From positions 1,302,001 to 1,366,000 of the forward strand of contig CATNEN010000009.1 in assembly GCA_950097015.1 (NCBI GenBank): 64,000 nucleotides of DNA, read 5' to 3'. The notes under the pieces were generated by a model, which saw only the letters and a program-made list of their open reading frames with translations, made no database searches and had not been told where the DNA came from. Below, one piece after another: positions 1 through 12,852 of the stretch (its first letter is position 1; every line of letters starts with the position of its first letter). Position numbers and translations under genes: made by a program. This DNA comes from Macrostomum hystrix (lineage: Eukaryota > Animalia > Platyhelminthes).

Positions 1-921
1 CCTTGGCTTTTATCCCAAATTCTTCAGAGCTTTGACTCTTACCCCCATTTTCTTCAGGACCTTGGCTTTTATCCCAAATTCTTCAGAGCTTTGACTCTTA
101 CCCCCATTTTCTTCAGGACCTTGGCTTTTATCCCAAATTCTTCAGAGCTTTGACTCTTACCCCCCATTTTCTTCAGGGCCTTGGCTTTTATCCCAAATTC
201 TTCAGAGCTTTGACTCTTACCCCCCATTTTCTTCAGGGCCTTGGCTTTTATCCCAAATTCTTCAGAGCTTTGACTCTTACCCCCATTTTCTTCAGGGCCT
301 TGGCTTTTATCCCAAATTCTTCAGAGCTTTGACTCTTACCCCCATTTTCTTCAGGGCCTTGGCTTTTATCCCAAATTCTTCAGAGCTTTGACTCTTACCC
401 CCATTTTCTTCAGGACCTTGGCTTTTATCCCAAATTCTTCAGAGCTTTGACTCTTACCCCCATTTTCTTCAGGACCTTGGCTTTTATCCCAAATTCTTCA
501 GAGCTTTGACTCTTACCCCCATTTTCTTCAGGACCTTGGCTTTTATCCCAAATTCTTCAGAGCTTTGACTCTTACCCCCATTTTCTTCAGGACCTTGGCT
601 TTTATCCCAAATTCTTCAGAGCTTTGACTCTTACCCCCATTTTCTTCAGGACCTTGGCTTTTATCCCAAATTCTTCAGAGCTTTGACTCTTACCCCCATT
701 TTCTTCAGGGCCTTGGCTTTTATCCCAAATTCTTCAGAGCTTTGACTCTTACCCCCCATTTTCTTCAGGGCCTTGGCTTTTATCCCAAATTCTTCAGAGC
801 TTTGACTCTTACCCCCATTTTCTTCAGGGCCTTGGCTTTTATCCCAAATTCTTCAGAGCTTTGACTCTTACCCCCATTTTCTTCAGGACCTTGGCTTTTA
901 TCCCAAATTCTTCAGAGCTTT
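1..921. repeat. 59/60-bp dimeric (higher-order) tandem repeat, about 15 units
   Basis: Alternating related subunits ttggcttttatcccaaattcttcagagct (29 bp) and ttgactcttacccccattttcttcaggacc (30 bp); runs off the window start. Confidence 0.97.
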
Positions 922-1575
922 AACTTGACTTACTTGACTTAGCGGCAGGGAGCCTCCATGACGGACGCAGAGAGGAGGCGGCCGGTGCCGCCCATATCGC
1001 TAACCCCTGGCAGCCGGACGGCCTCCAGCGAGGCGGTGCCGCTCAGGGTGGTCCGTCGGTCGGTTCCGCCGCGTGATCTCCCTCGCCATAGGCTGGGAAG
1101 AAATCAGCTCGGCCGGTATCGCGGAGGAAGTGGGCGAGCTGTGGAATGCTATCGGGCGAGCAGGCTTCGACTAGGGTCGGCACCGGCCCGAGATGTTTTA
1201 GCCTAGCCCGGGTGAAGGCCGGGCAATGGCAGATGAAATGCTCGGCGTTTTCACGTCCGGAGCAGCAGAAGGGACACGTTTCCTCAGGCACGTGGCCTTG
1301 GAGGTAGCGGTGTCTGGTGAAGCAGCCATGTCCCGAGAGGGCCATGGTGACTGCACTCAGGTCTCTGCGATCTAGCCTAAGCAAGGCTTTACGCAGGTTA
1401 CTAGAGGGGGTTGGCATCGCAGCCCTGGACTGGCGACAGTTCAGGGTGCAAGACCACCTCCTTCGGTGTTGGGTCTCCATCCAGCGGTTGATGTTGGAGT
1501 TGACCACAGAAATAGGGATCGGGGGCCTCCGGGCCCGGGCCTATCAGGGAGCTGGCTGCTCCAGCATGGGAAAAC
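922..1575 (-). mobile_element. 5'-truncated LOA/R1-group non-LTR retrotransposon copy
   Basis: Encodes the ORF2 C-terminus (CPFC...EHFICHC knuckle; 11 differences in 147 aa vs the full copy). (TAAGTCAAG)n tail at 922-942. 13-bp TSD tcttcagagcttt at 909-921 and 1576-1588. 10 extra nt (atgggaaaac) at the truncated end. Confidence 0.93.
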
Positions 1576-3345
1576 TCTTCAGAGCTTTGACTCTTACCCC
1601 CATTTTCTTCAGGGATTAGACTTTTACCCCATTTTCTTCAGGGATTAGACTTTTACCCCATTTTCTTCAGGGATTAGACTTTTACCCCAATTTCTTCAGG
1701 GCCTTGACTCTTACCCCCATTTTCTTCAGGGATTAGACTTTTACCCCATTTTCTTCAGGGATTAGACTTTTACCCCATTTTCTTCAGGGATTAGACTTTT
1801 ACCCCATTTTCTTCAGGGATTAGACTTTTACCCCATTTTTTTCAGGGATTAGACTTTTACCCCATTTTCTTCAGGGATTAGACTTTTACCCCATTTTCTT
1901 CAGGGATTAGACTTTTACCCAATTTCTTCAGGGATTAGACTTTTACCATATTTTCTTCAGGGATTAGACTTTTACCCCAATTTCTTCAGGGATTAGACTT
2001 TTACCCCATTTTCTTCAGGGATTAGACTTTTACCCATTTTTTTCAGGGATTAGACTTTTACCCCATTTTTTTCAGGGATTAGACTTTTACCCCATTTTCT
2101 TCAGGGATTAGACTTTTACCCCATTTTCTTCAGGGATTAGACTTTTACCCAATTTCTTCAGGGATTAGACTTTTACCCCATTTTCTTCAGGGATTAGACT
2201 TTTACCCCATTTTCTTCAGGGATTAGACTTTTACCCCATTTTCTTCAGGGATTAGACTTTTACCCATTTTCTTCAGGGATTAGACTTTTACCCATTTTCT
2301 TCAGGGATTAGACTTTTACCCCATTTTCTTCAGGGATTAGACTTTTACCCCAATTTCTTCAGGGATTTGACTTTTACCCAAATTTCTTCAGGGATTAGAC
2401 TTTTACCCCATTTTCTTCAGGGATTAGACTTTTACCCCATTTTCTTCAGGGATTAGACTTTTACCCCATTTTCTTCAGGGATTAGACTTTTACCCCATTT
2501 TCTTCAGGGATTAGACTTTTACCCCATTTTCTTCAGGGATTAGACTTTTACCCCATTTTCTTCAGGGATTAGACTTTTACCCATTTTCTTCAGGGATTAG
2601 ACTTTTACCCATTTTCTTCAGGGATTAGACTTTTACCCATTTTCTTCAGGGATTAGACTTTTACCCCAATTTCTTCAGGGATTAGACTTTTACCCAAATT
2701 TCTTCAGGGATTAGACTTTTACCCCATTTTCTTCAGGGATTAGACTTTTACCCCATTTTCTTCAGGGATTAGACTTTTACCCCATTTTCTTCAGGGATTA
2801 GACTTTTACCCCATTTTCTTCAGGGATTAGACTTTTACCCCATTTTCTTCAGGGATTAGACTTTTACCCCATTTTCTTCAGGGATTAGACTTTTACCCCA
2901 TTTTCTTCAGGGATTAGACTTTTACCCCAATTTCTTCAGGGATTAGACTTACCCAATTTCTTCAGGATTAGACTTTTACCCCAATTTCTTCAGGGATTAG
3001 ACTTTAACCCATTTTCTTCAGGGATTAGACTTTTACCCCATTTTCTTCAGGGATTAGACTTTTACCCCATTTTCTTCAGGGATTAGACTTTTACCCATTT
3101 TCTTCAGGGATTAGACTTTTACCCAATTTCTTCAGGGATTAGACTTTTACCCCAATTTCTTCAGGGATTAGACTTTTACCCCAATTTCTTCAGGATTAGA
3201 CTTTTACCCAATTTCTTCAGGGATTAGACTTTTACCCCAATTTCTTCAGGGATTAGACTTTTACCCCAATTTCTTCAGGATTAGACTTTTACCCATTTTC
3301 TTCAGGGATTAGACTTTTACCCAATTTCTTCAGGGCCTTGACTTT
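1576..3345. repeat. 29-bp monomeric tandem repeat (28-30 bp variants), about 60 units
   Basis: Unit ccattttcttcagggattagacttttacc; homologous to both subunits of the 1-921 array. Confidence 0.97.
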
Positions 3346-3886
3346 TTGTCTTCATTTTCAAGGCTTTACACTTACATAAGTTTTTATCCTGTTATTTTTG
3401 GGCTGTTTCACCCGATTTGTTCCAGACTGCAGCATTCAGTGAAATCCCACTCACACATTGTGCATAAATAGCATAAATCCCTTTGCGTTCCATAATCCTC
3501 ACAATTTCTACCAACAAAAATCAAAGAATTCTTACAAATTAGGAAGCTCCGTAGATTCAGGGAAAAATCCCCCGCGCTGGCACTCGGAGTCACGTGAGAA
3601 TGCGGCCTGCTGTGCGCCCAGCAACCACAGCGCAGAGAGCTGCAGTGTCAACAAGCCGATCGATAATTTTGAACCTGGCGCCCCCCCGTTGGGCACAATG
3701 GCCCGGGCAGGGCAGGTGCGCGCAGGAGCAGAACACGCGAACTTTCTTGGCGGTTTTTAGGCGAATAATATTTGCCTTAGCCAGCCAAGTGCGGTCCGTG
3801 TCAAATGTACTTTTGCGAACTTTACTCAAAACATTTTTCCGAAAAGCGCTGCCGCTAGGTATGAAATTATGAAACCGCCCACAATT

Positions 3887-5043
3887 GGAATGCAACTGGG
3901 AGTGTACATCGTGTGGAATGCAATGCAACTGGGAGTGTACATCGTGTGGAATGCAATGCAACTGGGAGTGTACATCGTGTGGAATGCAATGCAACTGGGA
4001 GTGTACATCGTGTGGAATGCAATGCAACTGGGAGTGTACATCGTGTGGAATGCAATGCAACTGGGAGTGTACATCGTGTGGAATGCAATGCAACTGGGAG
4101 TGTACATCGTGTGGAATGCAATGCAACTGGGAGTGTACATCGTGTGGAATGCAATGCAACTGGGAGTGTACATCGTGTGGAATGCAATGCAACTGGGAGT
4201 GTACATCGTGTGGAATGCAATGCAACTGGGAGTGTACATCGTGTGGAATGCAATGCAACTGGGAGTGTACATCGTGTGGAATGCAATGCAACTGGGAGTG
4301 TACATCGTGTGGAATGCAATGCAACTGGGAGTGTACATCGTGTGGAATGCAATGCAACTGGGAGTGTACATCGTGTGGAATGCAATGCAACTGGGAGTGT
4401 ACATCGTGTGGAATGCAATGCAACTGGGAGTGTACATCGTGTGGAATGCAATGCAACTGGGAGTGTACATCGTGTGGAATGCAATGCAACTGGGAGTGTA
4501 CATCGTGTGGAATGCAATGCAACTGGGAGTGTACATCGTGTGGAATGCAATGCAACTGGGAGTGTACATCGTGTGGAATGCAATGCAACTGGGAGTGTAC
4601 ATCGTGTGGAATGCAATGCAACTGGGAGTGTACATCGTGTGGAATGCAATGCAACTGGGAGTGTACATCGTGTGGAATGCAATGCAACTGGGAGTGTACA
4701 TCGTGTGGAATGCAATGCAACTGGGAGTGTACATCGTGTGGAATGCAATGCAACTGGGAGTGTACATCGTGTGGAATGCAATGCAACTGGGAGTGTACAT
4801 CGTGTGGAATGCAATACAACTGGGAGTGTACATCGTGTGGAATGCAATGCAACTGGGAGTGTACATCGTGTGGAATGCAATGCAACTGGGAGTGTACATC
4901 GTGTGGAATGCAATGCAACTGGGAGTGTACATCGTGTGGAATGCAATGCAACTGGGAGTGTACATCGTGTGGAATGCAATGCAACTGGGAGTGTACATCG
5001 TGTGGAATGCAATGCAACTGGGAGTGTACATCGTGTGGAATGC
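3887..5043. repeat. 33-bp near-perfect tandem repeat, about 35 units
   Basis: Unit ggaatgcaatgcaactgggagtgtacatcgtgt; only one variant unit seen (near 4816). Confidence 0.98.
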
Positions 5044-5086
5044 GGGAGAAACCCAAGCATAAATTCCTGTTTTAGATAAAAAAACG

Positions 5087-6993
5087 TTCATAACAGAATC
5101 CCAGTTCATAACAGAATCCCAATTCATAACAGAATCCCAGTTCATAACAGAATCCCAGTTCATAACAGAATCCCAGTTCATAACAGAATCCCAGTTCATA
5201 ACAGAATCCCAGTTCATAACAGAATCCCAATTCATAACAGAATCCCAGTTCATAACAGAATCCCAGTTCATAACAGAATCCCAGTTCATAACTGAATCCC
5301 AGTTCATAACAGAATCCCAGTTCATAACTGAATCCCAGTTCATAACAGAATCCCAGTTCATAGCAGAATCCCCGTTCATAGCAGAATCCCAGTTCATAAC
5401 AGAATCCCAGTTCATAACAGAATCCCAATTCATAACAGAATCCCAGTTCATAACAGAATCCCAGTTCATAACAGAATCCCAGTTCATAACTGAATCCCAG
5501 TTCATAACAGAATCCCAGTTCATAACTGAATCCCAGTTCATAACTGAATCCCAGTTCATAACTGAATCCCAGTTCATAACAGAATCTCATTTCATAACAG
5601 AATCCCAGTTCATAACTGAATCCCAGTTCATAACAGAATCCCAATTCATAACAGAATCCCAGTTCATAACAGAATCCCAGTTCATAACAGAATCCCAGTT
5701 CATAACAGAATCCCAGTTCATAACAGAATCCCAATTCATAACAGAATCCCAGTTCATAACAGAATCCCAGTTCATAACAGAATCCCAGTTCATAACAGAA
5801 TCCCAGTTCATAGCAGAATCCCAGTTCATAACAGAATCCCAGTTCATAACAGAATCCCAATTCATAACAGAATCCCAGTTCATAACAGAATCCCAGTTCA
5901 TAACTGAATCCCAGTTCATAACAGAATCCCAGTTCATAGCAGAATCCCAGTTCATAGCAGAATCCCAGTTCATAACAGAATCCCAGTTCATAACAGAATC
6001 CCAATTCATTAGAATCCCAGTTCATAACAGAATCCCAGTTCATAACTGAATCCCAGTTCATAACAGAATCCCAATTCATAACAGAATCCCAGTTCATAAC
6101 AGAATCCCAGTTCATAACAGAATCCCAGTTCATAACAGAATCCCAGTTCATAACAGAATCCCAGTTCATAACAGAATCCCAGTTCATAACAGAATCCCAG
6201 TTCATAACAGAATCTCAGTTCATAACAGAATCTCAGTTCATAACAGAATCCCAGTTCATAACTGAATCCCAGTTCATAACAGAATCCCAGTTCATAACAG
6301 AATCTCAGTTCATAACAGAATCCCAGTTCATAACAGAATCCCAGTTCATAACTGAATCCCAGTTCATAACAGAATCCCAGTTCATAACAGAATCTCAGTT
6401 CATAACAGAATCTCAGTTCATAACAGAATCCCAGTTCATAACAGAATCCCAGTTCATAACAGAATCTCAGTTCATAACAGAATCTCAGTTCATAACAGAA
6501 TCCCAGTTCATAACAGAATCTCAGTTCATAACAGAATCCCAGTTCATAACAGAATCCCAGTTCATAACAGAATCCCAGTTTATAACAGAATCCCAGTTCA
6601 TAACAGAATCCCAGTTCATAACAGAATCTTAGTTCATAACAGAATCCCAGTTCATAACAGAATCCCAGTTCATAACAGAATCCCAGTTCATAACAGAATC
6701 CCAGTTCATAACAGAATCCCAGTTTATAACAGAATCCCAGTTTATAACAGAATCCCAGTTCATAACAGAATCCCAATTCATAACAGAATCCCAGTTCATA
6801 ACAGAATCCCAATTCATAACAGAATCCCAGTTCATAACAGAATCCCAGTTCATAACAGAATCCCAGTTCATAACAGAATCCCAGTTCATAACAGAATCCC
6901 AGTTCATAACAGAATCCCAGTTCATAACAGAATCCCAGTTCATAACAGAATCCCAGTTCATAACAGAATCCCAGTTCATAACAGAATTCCAGT
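5087..6993. repeat. 18-bp tandem repeat, about 105 units
   Basis: Unit ttcataacagaatcccag with scattered point variants. Confidence 0.98.
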
Positions 6994-7546
6994 TTAAAAA
7001 GGAATGGAGAGAACAGAACTATTTAGCAGTATTTAGTATTCATATTCTGCATCGAAACCAGATTTCAATACGAAACATCGAAGTGCACGAACTCACGCAA
7101 AAATTGTATTCCACAAAAGCTAGGCGTGACAAAAGAGAAGAGAACAGCTATTACTGAGCAATAGAGGCTAAATAGAATGGGCGAGGACAGTATGGGAAGG
7201 GGGTAGAAAGGGCGAGGAGAGTAAGTGAAGGGGGATAGAATGTGTCACAGTGACGGATATTGTATCAGTGTGATGAATTCGCAGTGAAGTTGTCAAAAAA
7301 ATTGTCTGCTGTTCGATGGCAAAGTCCATTGAGTGCTCAACAATAAAAATGCGCATTAGGTCAAAAGGACAGTGAACGATGGCCAGGCTACTGAACAAGT
7401 AGTATAGTGCACATGTTTTGTGCACAAGTACAAGCCCACTTATCAAAATCATCAGAGACAGTGAGAAAATATCATGCTGCTTATTTATGTAACAGATTTC
7501 ATAAAACAAAAGACTGGGTGAAATTAGAATTTCAACCACTTGAGCA

Positions 7547-7891
7547 TTACTCCTGTCCAGCTCCTAAGGCAGCCAGGTCTGTCAGCTTGGCAGACAGGGC
7601 ACCACTGAAGGCATCCCTGAAGCCCTGGCTAAGGTCACTGAGCAGTGCATAGATGGTCTCATAGCATGTGGCTGATGGTGTGTCCTGCCTGTCAGGCTGG
7701 TCGGACACCATGCGGAAGCCCTCCTCCGCAATGCGCACACACATCCTGCTTCCCTCCAGCGTGACAATGTTGACAAAAGCTTCTGAACTGGTGGCTGGCA
7801 GGGCTGCTGACAACTCAATGCAGGTCACTCCAAAGGCAACTTCATCAACTGCAGCCTGTGCCTCATCTGAGCAGCTTTTGACATCACTCAT
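7547..7891 (-). CDS. GSKIP: GSK3-beta interaction protein (DUF727), 114 aa
   Basis: EAQAAVDEVAFGV...AFVNIVTLEG..MCVRI.EEGF...YETIYALLSDLSQGFRDAFSGAL matches the recalled GSKIP pattern (EAEAVVNDVLFAV...YINVETKE..YCLEL.EAG...[23 protein letters not shown]). ATG at 7891, preceded by a ttcag acceptor. Confidence 0.9.
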   Translation of the reverse strand: MSDVKSCSDEAQAAVDEVAFGVTCIELSAALPATSSEAFVNIVTLEGSRMCVRIAEEGFRMVSDQPDRQDTPSATCYETIYALLSDLSQGFRDAFSGALSAKLTDLAALGAGQE

Positions 7892-9503
7892 GCTAGGGTC
7901 CTTCTCTGTTGTTCTCTGAAATTCAATGATAATTATCTATTATTTATTAACAGCTCTTTTGCAAAGTGTCAAATTGCAGCATTAATATGTCAATAAACTA
8001 TAATTGGAGAAAATCACATAAATAATCCATAATCCATGCAACACAAATTAAACACAACACAATGCTCTAACTATAAAACTACAGCTTATAAAGTTGTAGG
8101 TTATTATTGCTAACTATCGCTTACTAAAAACATTAATACTTATCAATACATATAGTGCAATCTGGTTAATAAATTTATCACACCTTTTCCATTTTACCAC
8201 ATGTATTTTTTTCCTCTAAAGATTCTTTAGACTACATTTTGTAGACTAGACTAGATCTGCTAGCCTACCAAATTTAAAGGCACAATTTTTTTCTAGCTAA
8301 TTATTCAATTAAGAATATAGATTTAACAAAGACATAAGATTTGTAGAGGACCTTCAACTGAATAGAACAAAAATATATATATTGTTGTCTTATTATAGCA
8401 TTGTTTAAACTATTTTTGTGCTTCCATTTGATCTCTTTCAACTTAAAGAGTCTAAAAATCTATAAAAAGTGATATAATAATCTGTTTAAAAAGCAATTGC
8501 AGTTTTATTTAGCTTTTTAGAGCCAAAGCCTTGCAATCAGCCTTAAATGCACAATTGCTTCGAATTTTGTGTTCACAGAAAACTCCACTTTTAAACTAAG
8601 AAAAATGTCTACTTCGAAGAACATACACACGTACTAAAAAGATCAGGAGAATAAAATAAACTTCTTGTTAAAATTTAATTTGAAAAATGAAATTCAGAAC
8701 TTTATATTGTAAACATTATACTTGTGCAAATATTATTAGTTTATTCTTTAAATCTAAATTCTAATCTCCGGAATCTTAAACAAGCTTACTTTTGGTACAC
8801 AATTTCAAGATTGACGAATACATTTATGCACCAGCTCCTCAAGCTCTCACAAATATAATTTAATTTTTATTTCTAATAGAACTGCCACTTTCGATTTTAC
8901 TCGACTGTCATTATAAACATGCGAGCTCTATTTTTATACTAGTTTAGAAAATATAGTATAAAAGAGTGCCATGCGAAGTAACACGAACACGAACACGATA
9001 TAACCTTACCAATCAACCTTGTCCCAAGCAGGGCTGGACAGTAAACCATAGTGTCTAGTACTTGAATCTCTATACGTGTAAAACTGTACTGACCCTATGG
9101 TCTTGCTTTGAAGCACTCTGGGCTCTGGATCTTTGCGCACTATATTGCACACATGATGTATGCCACACAGCAGGTCCAAATTGGCAGCAGTCGACTCGCG
9201 TTTACGCTGCGTATTTGAAAGCTTCTTTCATATGCAGTTACATATAGTTATAAAGCTTCTTTCATATGCATTCTGGCCGCGACTCATTTTAATTGGAAGG
9301 CGTTTCTTTACTACATACACAATTTCACGCACAATTACCCTCCAACCATTCATACTTTGGCTGCAGAAAATGATAAAATTAGCTAAAAAGTGCACTAGAA
9401 AATCAAGAAATTTATGAAATGAGCCAGCCGTCTATAAATCCTTTTGTTGTCAAAGAAAAAAGTGTAAGCATAAAATCATAAATTCTATTTAACAGTATAG
9501 AAC

Positions 9504-10005
9504 TACCAAGGGGGGGAATTCCTACGGACTACGGACTACGGACTAGAGGAGCATGTATAGTAGTTGAGTGTTGCCCAATGTCGAGGCTTGATCAGCGAAA
9601 GTAGAGAAATTCGCTTTAGGGACTCCATAGTCGGCTGGTGCCACTTGTTGAAGGTCCAGCAGCTCCGTCTAGATAAAGGTCGGTGACCGCCGAAGTCGGA
9701 GAAGATGCAAGCACATTCGGGTGACATGCTGATAAAGTTTGAAGGTCTGGAAAGGCCGCACTGAGGCGCAGTGCAAATTCGTGTATAGGGGTGTATGAAA
9801 TACACTAGCTCTTATGGGAAAAATCGGACCTTCGGCCAGAAGCATTGAATATCTCGACGGTCTGAAGAGCTGGCGACTTGTTTCTTGTTTCAGAAGATGC
9901 GCAACAAAAAGCTGGCCCGTGTTCTTGAGTTTCGTGTGCTTGCATTGTTCCGTTCGGGTGCAGCAAAAAATTGTCTGGGGGGGGGGAAATCCTCCCCCCT
10001 TGGTA
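9504..10005. mobile_element. Possible MITE with short terminal inverted repeats
   Basis: taccaagggggg at 9504 and its reverse complement ccccccttggta ending at 10005; the terminal TA could be the TSD; no coding capacity. Confidence 0.35.
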
Positions 10006-11989
10006 TAAAAACAGGCGGCAAAATGGCTTGGCAGTCCTACTGTTAAAGAACTGCTGTTTAGGAACCAGAAGATGACTATGTAATCATGACTCCATTTTTT
10101 CTTAAGATGCGAAATTGCAATGCTCTATTTTTGCACTCCGTTGAAACTGCAAGCCGTTGTCCGATAAGTTGGACGCCTGTCTGCATGCGCACTCCGCTTT
10201 TTGCGCAGCTAAATTCCGCCGCTTATCGATTCAAGGCAATATTTCTATTTATATATATTATTTGAGAAAATCTTTCTCATGATCTCATGACTTGCTTATG
10301 CTGCACAAGAAAATGAATCATCTGACATCCGCGGGGTCAGCATAGCAACGATACGAATGCTTGCTAAGCTTGCATCACCGGCCGATAAAGAAATCCTTAT
10401 CTTGGCTCTCCTCTCCTATCCAACAGCAGCTAATTTAGCTCGCAGTTCCCATGGCGCTGCTGATATTCGATTGTGCATTCAGTTCTGTGCCAGCACGGCC
10501 GTTAGAGCTAAGAAAAAAATTAATTGATTTTTTTCATACATATATAGGGCGCTTGACCTGAAGGCTGCGTTTTTTATAGGGGGAAGTCCTGGCGACGATT
10601 TGGCTGACCTTCTGCTGAAATCCTTGTCACCTGGGAGTTGAGTGTCTGATCCCACACCGGTAAGACTCCAATGAGACCTTCACCAATGGTCTGGGCAAGA
10701 CAGGGGTTAATAAGCCCACGTGGCTAAAGCGAATTTAGTGGGGCCAAAGAATGTGACAGCTCTCTGCAACTCATGGCCACAGATTTTGTTACTAAGCGGC
10801 CAGAGCTGCAGGAATGTAGTATTTTTCTTGCAACAGCTAGGCAACTAAAATACTGTATATAGTGCAATCCTATATAAGCTGGATGTACATTCCAAAGCCT
10901 GTGTACAAGTCCATGGACTTGGGAGGTTGTCCCTATCCACCGTAATGAAGCAATTTTAAGTCTAAAGTGTTTCGCTTAACAGCAGAAAGCCCACAAGGTA
11001 TTTCAAATACCCGAATTTTCTTCTCCTATGAAAATGCAGAACACTGGCTAAAATATTCGTCAGTATCCGATACAGAATGTCGACTATTTTAGACATGCCG
11101 ATGCAAGAATCGCTGAGTATCTTGACGATGCTGACCCGGACGGCTTTGAAAGTTAAAATACCCCATGGTGTTGCCCTAGGGGGGGGGGAATTGCGCGGCC
11201 TTTCTGCTGTTAAGGAAAATTACCATTTCCACACTAGTCGGTGAATCGAACTCCAAACCTCACCAGAAACTCCATCGTAGATTTATAGTCAATGGAAGAG
11301 CGATGACGCATTTATTTATGCCAGCTAATTGGTTCGCGCTATTCCTGTTCAGTTTCTAACAAAGCCCTGCAGCAGCTGGCTGTTTGCTGAAGATGATGCA
11401 TCGCGCGAACTGCCAGTCAGACCGAATGCCATCGGGAAACCGAGCCTATAAAAAGGTTTACGTTGCGGGCGGGCTACACAATCTGGGCCAGCATTGAATA
11501 AACTGAAGCCATTCCTGCAGGACCGCCAATCACGCTGAAGGAGCTGCTTCATCTGCTAAAGAGACGCTCGCTGTTGCATTGAGGGAATTCCCTTTCTTGC
11601 AGCAACCAGGCAGTGTTGGATAAGAGGCCAGACAGACGGGGTTCATCGGGTGACATTTGCGTACCGCCGCCTCGTCCTGCACTGCTTATCTCGCTGGCAT
11701 CAAGTGGCTGGTTCTCTTTGCTGTTCATATCGCGGTGCGTTAGTCACTGCGACTGCAGCAGACCGAGTGAAGGGGTCCCTAGCAGCTGTCAGGGAGGGGC
11801 ATTTCACTTCCCCCCAATTTATTGTCCCCCTAAATTTCACTTCCCATCATTTTACAATTGCAATTCACTGCCTTTGCCTGTGTTAAGGTGGAAATTTTGT
11901 GGGTTGTGAAATTTGAGAATGTGACTTTTAATTAAGAAATGCGGAATTAAGCGATTTGAAATTCGGGGGGGGGGGTTGAAATTCAAGGA

Positions 11990-12210
11990 ATGTAAAATTC
12001 GAGGAATTTGAAACTCGGGGAATGTGAAATTCGGGGAATGTAAAATTCGGGGAATGTGAAATTCGGGGGAGGTGAAATTCGGGGAATGTAAAATTCAGGG
12101 AATGTGAAATTCGGGGAATGTTAAATTCGGGGAATGTGAAATTCGGGGGGGGGGTGAAATTCGGGGAATGTGAAATTCGGGGAATGTGAAATTCGGGGAA
12201 TGTGAAATGC
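11990..12210. repeat. 16-bp degenerate tandem repeat
   Basis: gaaattcggggaatgt, about 13 units; partial inverted copies (atttcacttccc) at 11800-11850. Confidence 0.85.
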
Positions 12211-12852
12211 TGAGGATGTAAAATTCATTGGTTGTGAATTGGGGGTTCAAAGTTCTGCAGTGTGATATTTTGGGATGTGAAATTCGTGTGATTGAAGTCA
12301 AGGACGGATAATTTATTACCAATGGTTTGATGGAATTGGTGTTTAATAAATTTGCTGTTTCGGGGGTGCAAAATGTGGGACTTATGAAGCTCCTTCATAA
12401 ACTTTTGTGGAGTCTGAAAATCGTAAAATTTGTGAAGTTTGAGGGTCGTGAAAATACACCCTCATCAGGGGTTCGCAGCATCCGGCTCCCAGGCCATGGG
12501 AGCTGTGAATCCGCGGGGAATCAAGTACGAAATAGAATTCCCAACTGAAAAAAACAGATTAGTGAAAACGAAGAGAACGGGGGTGCTATGGCTGGGGGAC
12601 AAAGGCACTGCAGATGATCTCCATCCTACTGGAGATGGCATCGGGACAAAGGCACGATGAGACGGCGTTAGTTGAGGTGAGTTAAATAAAACCGCGATCA
12701 GGCTGCTGATTGCATACTCAAACCGATAGGTTTGGGTTGCATTTTTAAAGCAGAAAAAATCCTGACTGATCGTCATGATTGATAGCTTTGAAGGCGCATT
12801 CAAAATGAATTTATGTCCCTGTGTGAGAATGCTTTGTGGATAATTAATTTGT

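Noticed and set aside
3590-6979. Long ORFs with periodic peptides (MNWDSV, ELGFCY, CIPHDVHSQLH)
   Set aside because: These are translations of tandem repeats lacking stops; no splice sites or unique domains link them to a gene.
1-6993. Regular arrays as CRISPR
   Set aside because: Units are contiguous with no unique spacers, there are no cas genes, and the context is eukaryotic.
9020-9059. Hairpin plus CTAG|T as a Helitron 3' end
   Set aside because: The stem is only about 5-6 bp and no matching 5' end or Helitron sequence is nearby.
10560-10980. tRNA or SINE-like A/B boxes
   Set aside because: Partial motifs in the wrong order and no cloverleaf.
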